Virus record (IMG/VR): IMGVR_UViG_3300021400_000154
Span: 32,001 to 96,000 of that record
DNA from: a virus
Lineage: Duplodnaviria; Caudoviricetes
Strand: one strand, 5' to 3'
Length of the DNA: 64,000 nt
Every line of letters begins with the position of its first letter. Positions within the stretch are counted from its first letter, which is position 1. The position numbers were made by a program, and so were the translations under genes. Under the pieces are notes generated by a model, which made no database searches, was not told the DNA's origin, and worked only from the letters and a program-made list of their open reading frames with translations. This document shows positions 35,030-48,212 of the stretch, piece by piece.

Positions 35030-36220
35030 ATGACTGGCGGATTTACTTTTAACGGTACAGACATTTCCATCCTCGGTCTGGAATACGTCCCAGACAATCA
35101 AAACACATACGTCTTCAGGCCATCGCAATGGAATATGAATGAGGAGACTTTCGATGCGCACGATGGCGGATATTATTACGGAACAACCGTGAAACCGAAG
35201 GACTTTTCGCTCAGGTGTATTTATGAGAGCAGACATGTGAACGACGGAATCTTGACGAGAATCTTTAATACTTTTAAGAGAGGAACAACCGGCAGACTTG
35301 TGTTCAGAAAGCGTCCATGGTGCTGGTATGTTGCGACTGTTGTTTCCGTTGATAGTTCACAGATGACCAACTACATGAACGGCCTGATCACGATTAACAT
35401 GAGAGCTTACTATCCTTTCGCGAGAACGGATAAGACATACATTACAGACGACGATGCTGCAGCAGAGCTCTATCCTGGCGGGCCAACGCTGGAGGAAGAC
35501 CTGTTGGCGAATACAGCCATGCTGAAAGGGATTGAGTGGGACCTGTCCAAGAACTTTGCTGAGACGCCGATTACATCGCAGCAAACATTCCATCTCTATA
35601 ACCCTGGCACAGAGACGGCTCCTGTTGCCATTGAGATCGCAGGCGATACGGGAACGGGCATTGTGATCACAAACTCAACCACCGGTCAGAGATGCGACAT
35701 CGCGCCTTTCGACTCTACGTCTGGTGAACATGCCGGGAAATACCTGATCGTCGACAGCTTAAGCGGCAAGGTGCTGCTGACAGATGGCTCAACGTCCACA
35801 ACATATGGTTTCCTGTACCACGACAATGGCTATATCGATTTTGCTTCCGGGTATCCCGTTATCAGAAATGTTCATGTGACAGGACAATCTGGCCAGAGTC
35901 AGCTGACCTTAAGCGAACCGATTGGAGGCAAAGAGTTGATCGGACATCAGCTCAGCATGTTTGTGTCAGGCCAATCCTGTCTGCTTGGCATTGCCGTTGT
36001 GGGGATTGCCAAGCTAAGCGTTCAAGGCACAGGAAGTATATTCAATGCAGGCATCACAAACGTTTCTGATGATGGGCTGACACTGTCATTGGACAAATCT
36101 CTTGCGTCCGATGTTGGGACCGATGCTTAGCTTGTGAAATACAATGAGATCACAATCACGCCCAACACAACCATGAATCTTACGAAGCTGATCTTCCGGT
36201 ATCGGCCAACATTTACTTAA
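35030..36220 (+). CDS. distal tail protein (Dit) (1 in-frame TAG)
   Basis: GFTFNG N-terminus, RAYYPFA and YNPGTETAP motifs; read-through of TAG 36128 gives the C-terminus LIFRYRPTFT-TAA just before the next RBS. Confidence 0.75.
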
Positions 36221-36232
36221 GGAGGTGAAGGC

Positions 36233-39200
36233 ATGCTTCGTTACAAAAGGAACCTGATTCTTGACGTGTACGATTACAGCGGCAATAAGCAATGCACGTT
36301 GTATGACAGCACATCAGATTTATCCGGCCAGGCTACAGACGTTGTCGTAACGATTGAGCGAAACGGCTGGAAGGAGCTGTCGTTCACCATCCCCACAACA
36401 TGCGAAAGCGAGAACGGCGGGCAGGAAGAAAACTTCCGACTGCAATACCTGATCGCTGACTATCGGATTCGCCTGAAGGATGATGATGGGATCGACTGGT
36501 TCCTGATCTCAGAACCAAAGATAACACATAATGTTTATTCGAAGAACGTGTCTGTGTCAGCAGGGCACATTTCTCAACTGCTGAAGACGAAGAATCTTGG
36601 TCTGGAGTTCTCCGACCATGAGGGCAATAATGTAGGAACAGCGGAAGATCTTCTGACAAAAATCCTCGATGGTACTGGATGGTCTGTCGGAAGTGTAGCC
36701 GACTTCAAAGAGAAGCGTTCCGGCGCAACCAAGATCCGCTCTATGAAAGCTTCTGCGAAGACAGGTGCTTTTAAGCTGATCTCCAACATGTGCGACCTGT
36801 TCGAGGCGAAGCCTGTTTACCATGGAGATTAGAAGACGGTAGACATTATTCCGATGAACCCGTTCTCAGAACCGGAGGATGGATCGCTGCCTGCTGTGGC
36901 GACAGGTGAATGTATTGAGCTGCACTACGGGAAAAACGTGAAGAACGTTACGAGAACGCTGAACACAGAAAACCTCGTGACGAAGCTGTATGTCTATGGC
37001 GCTTATGGTGATGCAGTGAACGGATACTGCGGTATTGACGAGTGGCATCACAAAGAATACGTGTTGACTCCTCCAGGAGCAATCCCTGCAGGTACGCAAT
37101 GCACATTCTCCGTGACGGACGATGTCTCGGGGATCACGTATACGAGATACTTTGTGGCGAAGAACGCGATCTCTGCGTCTGCAAGGCTGATATGGTAGAT
37201 GTTGGATCCTGCTTCCATGAGCTATGTATGGGATGAGGAGAACAATGCTGCCTATAGTGTGTCTGATAAGACAGATACCCATTACAACCTGATCATCAAC
37301 ACAGCAAATCCAAGCACAACTGCAGCAAAAAGGCCGCGCTTGATTCATCAATCCAGCAATACGGAATCTCGTGCAGGAAGCACTGCCGCAACAGCAGAGC
37401 ATGGCATGAAGGTAACTCTTAACTCACAAATCAAATATCAGTATATTTATTTCGGGCAGAGCACTAATGGGAAAGGAACCATGCAAGGACTGGAGCCTGG
37501 GCAAACATATACCATGTCTTTCGATGCCACGTGGAAACTTGAAAGTGGGCGGGCAACGCCTGCAACAGATAACTTTGTTGTGTTTATTAACATAGACAGA
37601 GGAACAAATACATACTCAACACTTACAAGAAAGACGATCAAAACCTTTACAACAGGAGAAGAAACATAGGACAGATGTGAATCCTTTACTTTTACTATTC
37701 CAAACGATTGCGTCAGGTGTTATATAGGAATACGTGCAGACAGTTCGACAGCCGCCAATTATGCGAAGGGTGACTTCATCGAAATCCGAAACGTCAAACT
37801 CGAAGCAGGTTCAGTTGCAACACCTTGGTGCCCATCGGAATCTGAATAGACGCTGACTGTCACGGAAACAAATGTTGTTGACAACAAGGTATCCTATCTG
37901 ATGGACTTCGATTATTACCGCAGCGTCGGGCTGTTGACGGATGAGATGCTTGACGAGGTAGGTGCTTTCCAACGCGAGATTCCTGCCCTTTTGGATACTG
38001 CGCAGACGAACGCTGCAGCGTACGCCTCCACTATCAACGATCTGTCCGAGACGATTGGAACGCCTGATTTCTGCAAGCTCTCCGCGCAGTATGATACAAG
38101 CGGAGAATACCTTGGGTTAAACTTGAACACAGGAACAGGCGGTTATCCGAAAGGTGTTATCTACAGAACGGACTATGCGCTGAAGGAATCGAAACAGTTC
38201 CAGTGGAGAACCACGAGTAATATATACCCGAACGGAGACCCGTATGAAAACTATGCAGCGGTGGTTTACATCGTTCACACACATACGGATCCTTGCACAT
38301 ACGACATCGGATATCTTCGTGCGGTTAACGATCATTTGGAACCAACAGAAGATGATCAGAAAGCACCGACAAAGCTGTCCTTGTGGCTCAAGAGTGCAAA
38401 CTTCGATGATTCTCACTCAAACACAGATCACATCTATCTGTTCAGGCAAAACAGCATCATCGGCGACCTTGGCGCGATGATGCTACAGGACGAGACGGCG
38501 GAAGATACGCTTAAAGACAGCGTAAAGAACCAAATCAAGGGTGATCGCCTCGTGTATTATACGGATCAGGCGATCACAAGAGAAAATCCTGGATTTAACT
38601 TCGTTGGATATGCCTGGGCGTGGAGGTATTACAAAGATAACTCGCAGCCATCTGAAATGTACTTCTGCGATCTTGATGCCGGAGACGTAAGCTGGCACAG
38701 GACTTTCGTTACAAAGAATCCTCCAGCGAACACATTGGGTTCTAACCAGGATTACGCCTATTGCTGGAAAGAAGGAACATTATACCGGAAGAATGGCAGC
38801 GCCTGGGAAAAACAAACAAATAAGTCTACCGTCGACGACAACTTCGGCAGGATGGTTTCCAGTTTCGGCACCGTGTACAACAGCTGCGTTGATCGCGACA
38901 TGATCAGAAACGGACACTATGAGTATTATGCAGTGGATGCCCAGGAAAACCTGCCGGTTGGCAACTACGCTATCGCAGACCCGTTTGGAGTCTACCATGC
39001 GTTTACAACGAAGGCACAAACCGATCAAGGAAAACGGATATCTTTCGACTGGACGCACGGTTGGGTGGCGATATTTAACAGCGGTACAGACCCGTAGAGT
39101 GTCGACATCACGACTGTGATTGATGACGCTCTGACCAGTTCCCAGTACCGGTATGATTCTGTATTCGACAGCGGCGAGGATGTGCTAAACGATGCGATCT

Positions 39201-41641
39201 GGGAAAGCGGCTCGATTACTGCAGGCTCTGATCCCAAAGCAGGAAGCCCGTACATCATTATGGGCGGTGGCGAAGTCATTGATGCTTCCTAGCAACGGAC
39301 TGGATTCAGAGGCATTTATCCGAAGATTATCTATCGCCTGACCCGCCCTGGAAATCTCGAATGCGTCGTTCACTTCTATACAGCAGAGCACGGGTATCTT
39401 GGTTGCAGAACACTCAGCGCCGGTTCTTCCAGCGACAGTACTGTAACGGAAATCACAGCGCCTGCGTACGCAAGGTTTGTTCGCGTTGTAACATCCGCAG
39501 AAGCGAGCACCGAGTCTTTCTCCATGCAGTCAAAGTATGCCGATCAGTCCTTTGTTGTGCAGGAAGAGGAATACAGAAACCTCGGCATTGGCACAGGATA
39601 TGGAAAGCTAAAAGGTATCATCCCGATGATTAAAAAGTTCCAGGAGCTATCGGACCTGGCATATCTGGTCCAACTGGACGCGGTAAAGACAGCACAGGCG
39701 GCAGTAAAGGAAGCAGAGAATCATCTGATTGATGTGCTTGGCGATATTTATCGGGAAGGCTATTGGCAGAAGGCCGACTATGTGGACGGCGACGAAGAGA
39801 AACTGTATGACGATGGAATGGAAAACCTGAAGAAGATCGCTAAACCAGATACTACTTATAACGTTCAGTATCTGGATCTCTATGGGGCGAACACAGCAGA
39901 GCACGAGTATGCAGAAAACGGCATTGTTGCTAAGACGTACTGGCCTGATCTAAGCTCGAACTATGCGGTTCATCTTGTGGACCCGGACATCGGCATCAGC
40001 CAATGGGCGTTCATTGACAAGATTTAGAAATGCTATGACATGCCGTGGAAAACAACCATCAGCATCAATACGAACCTGACCACAATACAGCAGCATACGT
40101 TTACGGATGTCATGACGCACATCGCAGATGTCGCATCCCAAGTCAAAGGGAAAATGGAGCTGTATGACAGAGCCAAAGCATTCGACGAAGATGGAAAGAT
40201 GTCGACCTCTACGTTGCAGGGCGTTATTGATGCGAATACGCTGCTGATCACAGGCGGCGCTTCTACATGGTATACAGACGACAAAGGCAACATGGTCTTT
40301 GTCTCTGCCGATGAGAAGAGCGCAATGACGTTAACTGGCAACGGGTTTGCAATTGCGAACCAGAAAGACGAATGGGGCGAATGGATCTGGAGAACCTTCG
40401 GTACTGGCTCGGGGTTTACCGCTGATCTGATTACAGCCGGTACACTTCAGGCAGACAGAATACGGGCAGGTTCTATTACGCCTGCGAAAGCTTCGCCAGA
40501 CTTCGGAACCTACATCGACCTGACAGAAAACGGCACGATCATCGAGAATGCCAATGCGGCGAAATCATATACAGATGGCAAGACACAGGAGACAATGCAA
40601 GAGGTTACGAACGTGACGCAGAAACTGAATGCTGTGAACGGAAGGTTCGACAACTATGTTGAGCAAACGGTTTACAACGCAGACAAAGATGTCGTCGACC
40701 GCAGAGTGTCCTCCGTGGAGCAGACAGCGAATGGCGTAAAGACAACGGTGGACGATTACATCAACGAAATGGGAACCTGTGTAGAGATTACCACGAACGG
40801 TCTCGAACTGCGTCAACGGCAGAACTCGGAGTACTACGCGATGCTGACGGCAAACTCGATTGACTTTAAGAACAGGTCGAATGGTGATTCTGTTGCTTCG
40901 TTTGGTGCCGGTGGTGCTTACATTGACAAGGTACGATCCAGGAAAGTTCTGTCGGTCGGTACTGAGGAGAACGGCTGGTATGACATGACAGCGCTTCCCG
41001 GTGGCGTGGCAGACAAGTGGCGTGACGGTACTGCTTCTGTGCTGAAGCCGATCATCATTAAACAGCCGGAAGATTACTATGCGGATTTCCAGGCTGGATC
41101 ACATCCTATCACAGGGACTACCAACTGGCCAGAAGCATTTACTTTTACCGTGGAAGCTGAAAATGTTGCTTCGTATCAGTGGCAATACAAAACTGCGTTT
41201 AACGCAACCTGGATTGACGGTTCCGCTGAAGGCAATAAAACCAACACGCTTACGTCTACTTTAAACGCCCAGCGTCTAAACTTCATATACAGATGTCATA
41301 TCATAGGCAACGATGGAACTGAACTGTATACGAATGAAGTGCAACCCAGAATGAATAATGCTCCTGTTATTCTCGCTCAGCCAAAGCCAGCGTATCGGGA
41401 AGTAGCAATTGGAGATGTCGTGCAACAAAGATTCTATGTTGTCGGAGCAACATCTTATCAATGGCAATACAGAACAAGCGCAACTCCAACTGGCAAGTTC
41501 AAAAATGTAAGCGCAAACTCGAACGCTCCTACTCGCGACGCAACTTCGGCAACTGCCTTGAAGCAATACTATCGTTGCGTTGTAACAGGGCCAACCGGAG
41601 CTATTGCCGTGACTGACGAATTTGTCATCGAATGGAAGTGA
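36233..41641 (+). CDS. baseplate hub/tail spike (Tal-like, ~1802 aa, 7 in-frame TAGs)
   Basis: Six ORF fragments in one frame, joined over TAGs at 36830, 37196, 37667, 37847, 39095, 39290 and 40025. Prophage tail endopeptidase-like N-terminus (YGKNVKNVTRTLNTENLVTKLYVYG), CBM-like insert (NVKLEAGSVATPW), FTADLITAGTL spike motif, two C-terminal Ig-like repeats (SYQWQY). Confidence 0.8.
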
Positions 41642-41651
41642 GGTGAAACGA

Positions 41652-43568
41652 ATGCCTAATCTTACTTTTGCTGGCAGTCCTGCCAGTATAACCTTTGCTC
41701 AAGGAAACACTGCAAAAATCCAAAGTGAAGTATCCTGGAATATTACCTCTTATACTGCACAATATGAAATCGAGTCGTTCAGCATTCGTTTCAAAAGGCA
41801 GACTTCCGGTTATGGTGTTATTGCCATAAAAAACGGCCACGATTTCTGTTCTGCTGTCAGTTACAGCAACAAGCCTTCTACGGAAGACTATATTTTTGTG
41901 ACCGTGCCGCAGAGCTACTGGGAAAACCGTACCAGCGACTCGTTCGCTTTGAGCTTCTACAGCCCGATGGCGCAGAGCGTAAGACAAATCTACAGAGAAA
42001 TCAGCCTGTACATTGTGCTTAAGGCGAAAGCGTTCCCTTAGACGGCCACTGTAGACACGGTGAATGTGGGCGCTGAGCAGACAGTTACGCTCTCCAACGA
42101 CTCGCTCGGTTCCTTGTCGCATAAAGTCACTTGGGCGTATGGTAGTGTAACAGGCACAGTCAACGCAAGCACCGGCAAGCCGACAGTATCCTGGGCGGTA
42201 CCCTCCGACAAAGTGGAGACCGTCTGCGCGTTAAGTCCGGACAGCAGAACGGTCAGTGGTACGGTTACCGTTAACACATATCTGCCCGGCGATGGTGATA
42301 GTGTGCTGATTGGTACTACGGCGACAACCGCAAGGCTGACGATCCCGGATGATACGGATACGAAGCCGACGATTTCAGGCACGATCACTGCTGCGAAATC
42401 AAGCGATGCGCCAAATACGAATACTCTGCTTCAGCGGTTTACGGACGTAACACTGACGAACATCTCTGCAACGGCGAGGTATGGTGCATCAGTCCCGTCC
42501 TCGGCCTACAGGCTTGTGGTGAGAAACAACGGATCGGAAGTGTTCAGTACTGACATTACATCCGGCACAACCGTGTTTGACCATGTGGCATGGCCAGCTG
42601 GAACAAACACCGTAGCGGTGGTGGTCACGGACTCCCGTGGCATATCCAATGAAAAGACCTTGGACGTGGCGCTGACGGCTTATACGCTTCCAGCGATTAC
42701 AGACATTGATGTCGCCCGGTACAGCCTGTCGAAAGATGCGCTGGATGACGAGGGCGATGCTTTTCAGGTAACCGTCTCTGCCGTGTTTGACACCAATGCC
42801 GGTGCTGGCGCAACGCCCTATGCGGCTGTTGTTAAACAGGGCAGTACGCAAATCGCAACAGCCACAAACTCCAACAATGTTTTCGTTGTCGGAGACACCT
42901 CTCACACAACGAGTCCGGAGGAGACCTACTCAATCGAGGTCACCGTGACAGACGGGTACGGTAAGCAGACAACCCAGACGACAGAGATCGGAACCTCGGT
43001 TTATACGATCTATCGACTGGCTGGCGGTAAAGGTGTTTCGTTTGGTAAGGCTGCGGACAAGTATGGCGTGGAAGTGAACGAGGACTGGCCGTTCTATACG
43101 CACGGACAAGAGATTCAACGAATGCTCCTGGATTATGCTCATCCGGTCGGGAGTGTATTGGAAACCCTGGATGAGGAGTTTGACCCGAATGAACAGTGGC
43201 CATGGACAAAATGGGGAAAACTGGAAGACGTGTTCCTTCTGGCATCGGGAACGAGAAGCGTACTCGATGAGGGAGGGTCTGAGACGGCATCCGTTGGTAC
43301 GCAAGTTACGTTTACGCTTGAGCCACAGAACTTGCCCAAATATTCTGTGCTTGCGGCAACGACCAGTGCGTACCCGGACGTTGGGTATAGTACATCGAAT
43401 CTTCCGGCAGGATTTCCAACGTATAGTTCGAGAGCGCATAGCCAAGCGGCTGGCCATGGATATCTGGCAACCACAGCTGACGCGGAACCTGTCACCGCAA
43501 CGGCCAGCGGTAGTGTCGCTACCATGCCGCCCTACCTCACTGTTAACATTTGGGTACGATCACGATAA
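41652..43568 (+). CDS. baseplate/tail protein (DUF859-like with gp10-like C-terminus; 1 in-frame TAG)
   Basis: ORFs joined over TAG 42039 (KAFP*TATVDT); VTDSRG and GKGVSFGK motifs; C-terminal HPVGSV...DPN...MPPYLTVNIWVR. Confidence 0.7.
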
Positions 43569-43582
43569 AGGAGTGTGATAAA

Positions 43583-46500
43583 ATGGCTTACCAAACGCAA
43601 ACCTTTACGGACAATGAAACCGTATTGACTGCGGCGATGATGGATCATATCGAGGCCGGTATCGTCGCAAACGACCAGCGGGTAACCAGTATTCTTGGTG
43701 AATACAATGAGTATGACCCGGCGACTGAGTATGATGAAGGTTCGGTCGTCGTACACGGCAACAAGATCTATGAGTGCGTCGAGGATGGAACCACCGGAGC
43801 CTGGGATGATACGAAATGGAGCGAAGTCCCTTTGCTGGATATAGCTCGTGAGGGAAGAGACACAGCACGTACAGACAGCGAGTATCTGGAAACGCTGGAC
43901 ACAGAGGTTGGCGTCCTCGCGCCTAAGACAGATGTTCTGACCTATTACAATCAAGGAACGATCAGCTCGACAACAGGAGGAACCTCCAGTTCCACCACCC
44001 GGATTCGCTCCGGGTTTATTTTCATCCAGGTGGACTCCATGGTTGTGCTGACGCCTGTTGAAGGATTTGGATGTAATGGACGACTGTACGCGACGACCGA
44101 TACGAGTACGTTTGTTGAGACGTTTGGCGACGACAGTTGGTACGGTAGTGAGACACGCACAAAGATTGATGGAGGCCAGTACATTCGGATTGTCGCGAGA
44201 AGGCTGGAAGACACGGAGATTACGCCTGAGTTCGGCACAGAAAACATCAAGATCACCGCGATCACAGAGCCTGAGAAACAGCCTACGGCAGACGATACGA
44301 TTGCTTTGAATCTGACAGAAACAACTGCATCGTATATGACCGGTAATGTCGGAGAACAGATAAACTACAGTAGTTCGTCTTCGACGACCGTGTTTAAGAA
44401 CGCGGCACAGGTGAAGGCAGGAAACCGATATGCCATGTTGGTGACATACGGGGACACGATTAGCTCTGACAACGTAAGAACATCCTACATCGTCAGCCAA
44501 GGCGGCGTGGTGTTGCAGAAAGTGAACAACTGCGTTGCTGCATCCACCACTGTTAAGAGCGAGTTTGTGGCTGTAGCAGACGGGTTCCTCTATCCGAACG
44601 TAGACAACAATTATACAAGTATTGTGCTGAAGGGTGGGCCACTGTATGATGTGTCGCATGGCCATCATAATGAGAACTTCAACCTGATTGCTCCACTTTG
44701 TAACGTGCATGGATCAGCCAATATCTATGGGCGGCGCATCGATGTGGACGGATGTCGCGTGAAAAAGGAACGGCTCTCCAGCGACCAATCGACCGTGACG
44801 CTCTGCGTTTCTCTGTTTGGCGACCAGTTCCACTATTGGAACGCGGGTTACTCTATCAGTGATGATGCTATCATCGGGCAAGGTCTACAGGACAGCGATT
44901 TCGTGCCAATCCCCAATTGGCTAAAAGTAGCAGATGTGAAAGATTACATCTTCCATGCTGTCGTAACTTGGCGGAGCGCTGGTCCAGGAACGAACGGAAG
45001 ACTTCTGTTCTTCACGAAAGACTCTGAAGGAACAATTACTTACAGTGCTCGATTGAATGTTTCAAGTTATACAGATGAATATAGAGGTAACCTTACTTAC
45101 CTTCTTGCGCCTGGGTTTCTGGCAACTGCGATAGCCAATGACAATATTGCTTTCGTCTATTATAATCCGAACTCCCAGACTATTACTGATCAGGAGTTTT
45201 ACTTCAGTATCGAAAGAGCAGTTGCTCCAACGGAATATCTTGCACCTCCGGAAAGTTACACCGCTGAAAACGCGCATGAGGTTGGTGATTTGATTACCTA
45301 TGGCTCAAGGCTCTGCAAGGTAACGAGTCCTATTGCAACAGGCGAAACAACAAGCGCCAAAATTGAGGACACTTCTGTCGCCGCAGAACTGGCCAGCAGA
45401 GATAATGCGATTGTGACAGACAAGACCGCGATTCTTGACGGTAGCGGGTATGTCGACTGGGGCTGGGTTCCCGGAGAGCAGACCGTAACCGTGGCTGGCG
45501 TGACTGTGACCCGGAACGGGAACAGGGTCAAGCTGAACGGCGTGTCTACCGGGAACTTCTTCGTTCGCATGGTGGGCAATCTGCTGGCACAGACATCCTC
45601 CCCAACTGCCGCGCAGGTGATTGCCGGATGCCATACCACCGCGGGGCATGAGTACCAGTATCAGCTTCGGCTGACGGGCGGTTCGGCGGCGCTTAACACG
45701 GCACACTCGGTTAGTTTATCGCTGGCCGTGTCTTCGTACAAGGCAGGATCAACCAATTCCTTCGCAAATCACCATGCCCAGCGCATCGAAGAAGAGGGCT
45801 GGGCCCTGCGGGACTTCACCAGCGATGATGGCGCAGATTTGTCCGTGTGGCTGTGGTGCGCGACAGGGACTACCTTCACGAACGCAGAGTACGAACTGAC
45901 CCTGTTGGATGTTACAGCGGCAGAACAGACCGACCATGCCACCACCATGGCGAGAGCCGCTCTTGCGACAAAGCCTGGTGCGATCCCGGTTGAGGCATAC
46001 GGCAAGCCGGGGTCTATCATGACGAACAACAAGGTTCGGGTTTCCAAGGGCTGGGGTAACCGGGTTCGCGTAGACGCGATCGGCAACACAAGCACATATG
46101 CGATGGTGTCCATTCAAAATGGCGTGAAATTCCTGAACAATTGGACTCTGAGCAACGACATGGTGGAATTGGATCTCGAACCGTTCCATGCCTATAAATT
46201 GACGGCACGGTACATCTCCGGCACGGTGGCACAGGTAGGCAATGCTGACTCGGTTTTGGTCTGGATGAGGAAGAGAGAAAGCGAATCCTCCCCACAAGCA
46301 CCTAACTTTACCGAACACATGATTGCCGACATTAACAACGGAATTACTGAATGGAACTCAATTTGTTGCTTCTCCGATCCGTGCAAGATCGGATTCGGCT
46401 TCTACTTCCGTGGTCTTACCGCTGACGCGCTGATCATTGAGTTCCTGTGCGAGGAGATTCCTGACATTTCCAGCATCGCACCGGTTGACTCCACAACTGC

Positions 46501-47341
46501 CGCCAGCAACCACGCCGTCGGCGACCTGCTGACCAATAAGGGCCAGCTTTACAAGGCCACACAGGCAATTGCAACAGGGGAAATCATCACACCTGGAACG
46601 AACGTAGCGTCCACCACTGTCGCCGCAGAACTGGCCAGCAGAGATGCCGCGATTGCGGCAGAGGTTGAGGCGAGGGAAAACCAGGACACGCTTATTTCAG
46701 ACACGCTGCAAAGGCTTTCGTTGACCCCGTTTGAGAAAAGGCTGTTCACGACATGTGAGCGAAACATCGTAGTTAATACGGGTGTAAACCACCGTATTGC
46801 AAATGTTGTGTACAACTCAATAAACAGTTTAGGCGAAGATCGCTCAGGATCAACATACCGTACAGTCTGGCTGACGGGCGACGATCCCGGCCCAAACGGG
46901 CAAATAACCTCGATGATCTCATTTCGAAGGAGTCGATTTGCCCATTTTACTGTTTCCAATACAGAACAAAAAAAGTTAATCATATCTGCGCATCGTGTTG
47001 GGCTTACTGACTCAAGTTTTTCAAATGCATTCAGTAATCCACCTGAGTTTTTTGTACTTACTTATGATCCGGCAACAGATCTTGTCTATTGGTTCGTCGC
47101 TGCGCCGCCTGCGCTTGAAGTCAGTGATAATGAATACGGCTTTTCACAAAGCCTGGCATATGGAAACATCGCTATTGCAGTTCAGTTCAGAAGACCAACG
47201 CAAACTATAGACTGGAGATTCAACGTCAATGTTGCGAGAAAAGACTTGTCGCCTTACATTGAAGATGTTCCAGAAAAAGAGTTTTCAAGCTCCGGAAAGT
47301 ATATCACACAAGATGAATTCTCGCCGGAAACCACGACCTGA
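43583..47341 (+). CDS. tail fibre/receptor-binding protein
   Basis: ~1250 aa; VLTAAMMDHIEAGI N-terminus; two HxVGDLxTxxxxLxK...VAAELASRD repeats; mosaic GC content. Confidence 0.7.
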   Translation: MAYQTQTFTDNETVLTAAMMDHIEAGIVANDQRVTSILGEYNEYDPATEYDEGSVVVHGNKIYECVEDGTTGAWDDTKWSEVPLLDIAREGRDTARTDSEYLETLDTEVGVLAPKTDVLTYYNQGTISSTTGGTSSSTTRIRSGFIFIQVDSMVVLTPVEGFGCNGRLYATTDTSTFVETFGDDSWYGSETRTKIDGGQYIRIVARRLEDTEITPEFGTENIKITAITEPEKQPTADDTIALNLTETTASYMTGNVGEQINYSSSSSTTVFKNAAQVKAGNRYAMLVTYGDTISSDNVRTSYIVSQGGVVLQKVNNCVAASTTVKSEFVAVADGFLYPNVDNNYTSIVLKGGPLYDVSHGHHNENFNLIAPLCNVHGSANIYGRRIDVDGCRVKKERLSSDQSTVTLCVSLFGDQFHYWNAGYSISDDAIIGQGLQDSDFVPIPNWLKVADVKDYIFHAVVTWRSAGPGTNGRLLFFTKDSEGTITYSARLNVSSYTDEYRGNLTYLLAPGFLATAIANDNIAFVYYNPNSQTITDQEFYFSIERAVAPTEYLAPPESYTAENAHEVGDLITYGSRLCKVTSPIATGETTSAKIEDTSVAAELASRDNAIVTDKTAILDGSGYVDWGWVPGEQTVTVAGVTVTRNGNRVKLNGVSTGNFFVRMVGNLLAQTSSPTAAQVIAGCHTTAGHEYQYQLRLTGGSAALNTAHSVSLSLAVSSYKAGSTNSFANHHAQRIEEEGWALRDFTSDDGADLSVWLWCATGTTFTNAEYELTLLDVTAAEQTDHATTMARAALATKPGAIPVEAYGKPGSIMTNNKVRVSKGWGNRVRVDAIGNTSTYAMVSIQNGVKFLNNWTLSNDMVELDLEPFHAYKLTARYISGTVAQVGNADSVLVWMRKRESESSPQAPNFTEHMIADINNGITEWNSICCFSDPCKIGFGFYFRGLTADALIIEFLCEEIPDISSIAPVDSTTAASNHAVGDLLTNKGQLYKATQAIATGEIITPGTNVASTTVAAELASRDAAIAAEVEARENQDTLISDTLQRLSLTPFEKRLFTTCERNIVVNTGVNHRIANVVYNSINSLGEDRSGSTYRTVWLTGDDPGPNGQITSMISFRRSRFAHFTVSNTEQKKLIISAHRVGLTDSSFSNAFSNPPEFFVLTYDPATDLVYWFVAAPPALEVSDNEYGFSQSLAYGNIAIAVQFRRPTQTIDWRFNVNVARKDLSPYIEDVPEKEFSSSGKYITQDEFSPETTT

Positions 47342-47362
47342 CAACGAAAGGAGTAATGACTT

Positions 47363-47629
47363 ATGTATCAGTATTACATCATCGAGATCACCCGTAACCA
47401 GCAGGGCGCGTATGCCCACAATGTCTACTGGGTATATGACGCGAACCAGGACACTGCTCGTCTGAAGGGCGAGGCCAAGTGGCATGAACTGCTGGCTGCT
47501 GCGGCTGTCAGCACCCATCTCACCCACAGCGTGACTCTGCTCTCTGACGAGGGCGTGACCCTGCTTCAGAAGGTGTACAAGCACCCCTACATTGAGACTC
47601 CAGAACCCGAGCAGGAGGAAGCCGAGTAA
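47363..47629 (+). CDS. hypothetical protein (fibre assembly?)
   Basis: AAGGAG RBS; 88 aa; followed by a hairpin at 47641-47685. Confidence 0.6.
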   Translation: MYQYYIIEITRNQQGAYAHNVYWVYDANQDTARLKGEAKWHELLAAAAVSTHLTHSVTLLSDEGVTLLQKVYKHPYIETPEPEQEEAE

Positions 47630-47702
47630 CAACTTTACGGATTCTCTCCGTCAGATGGCATAAAACACTGTCTGGCGGAGAGAATCGCTGTATTCAGAGG
47701 TG

Positions 47703-48212
47703 ATGCGAATGAACGGAAAAACAACCCACGTCCTCTTCCATGGAGAGCGTGTTACCGAGTCCCCTCAGCTTTATCAGTATGACTATGGCCAGAGCCTGGT
47801 GTTCGACGACATCACCTTGCCGGAAATCTACGAGGTGCTGTTCAGCAACGGCATTACGCAGGAGGCCAAGACGGTGCTAGGCAATGCGGATGGCGTCCAG
47901 ATCCCGGACGAATATCTGACCACAGGCAAGAATGTGCTGGCGTGGATCTTCCTCCACGACGGCGATGATGACGGCGAGACCGAGTATGTGATCCGGATCC
48001 CGATCCGTCCCCGCTCTGGGCTCTCAGACGATGAGATCACCGAGGAAGAGCACAGCATTGTGTCAGACCTGATCGCACTGGTGGACAGCATGAAGGAAAC
48101 GCTCTCTGCTTATGAGACGAGGATTCACACTCTGGAGGAAAGGATTCCGGCACTTGGCGGCTGGAAAAACAACGGAGGTGAGACCGATGATTCAACCGCA
48201 GGATCTGATTGA
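47703..48212 (+). CDS. BppU-like upper baseplate domain protein
   Basis: LYQYDYGQSL...VQIPDEYL..G...AWIFL pattern. Confidence 0.5.
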   Translation: MRMNGKTTHVLFHGERVTESPQLYQYDYGQSLVFDDITLPEIYEVLFSNGITQEAKTVLGNADGVQIPDEYLTTGKNVLAWIFLHDGDDDGETEYVIRIPIRPRSGLSDDEITEEEHSIVSDLIALVDSMKETLSAYETRIHTLEERIPALGGWKNNGGETDDSTAGSD

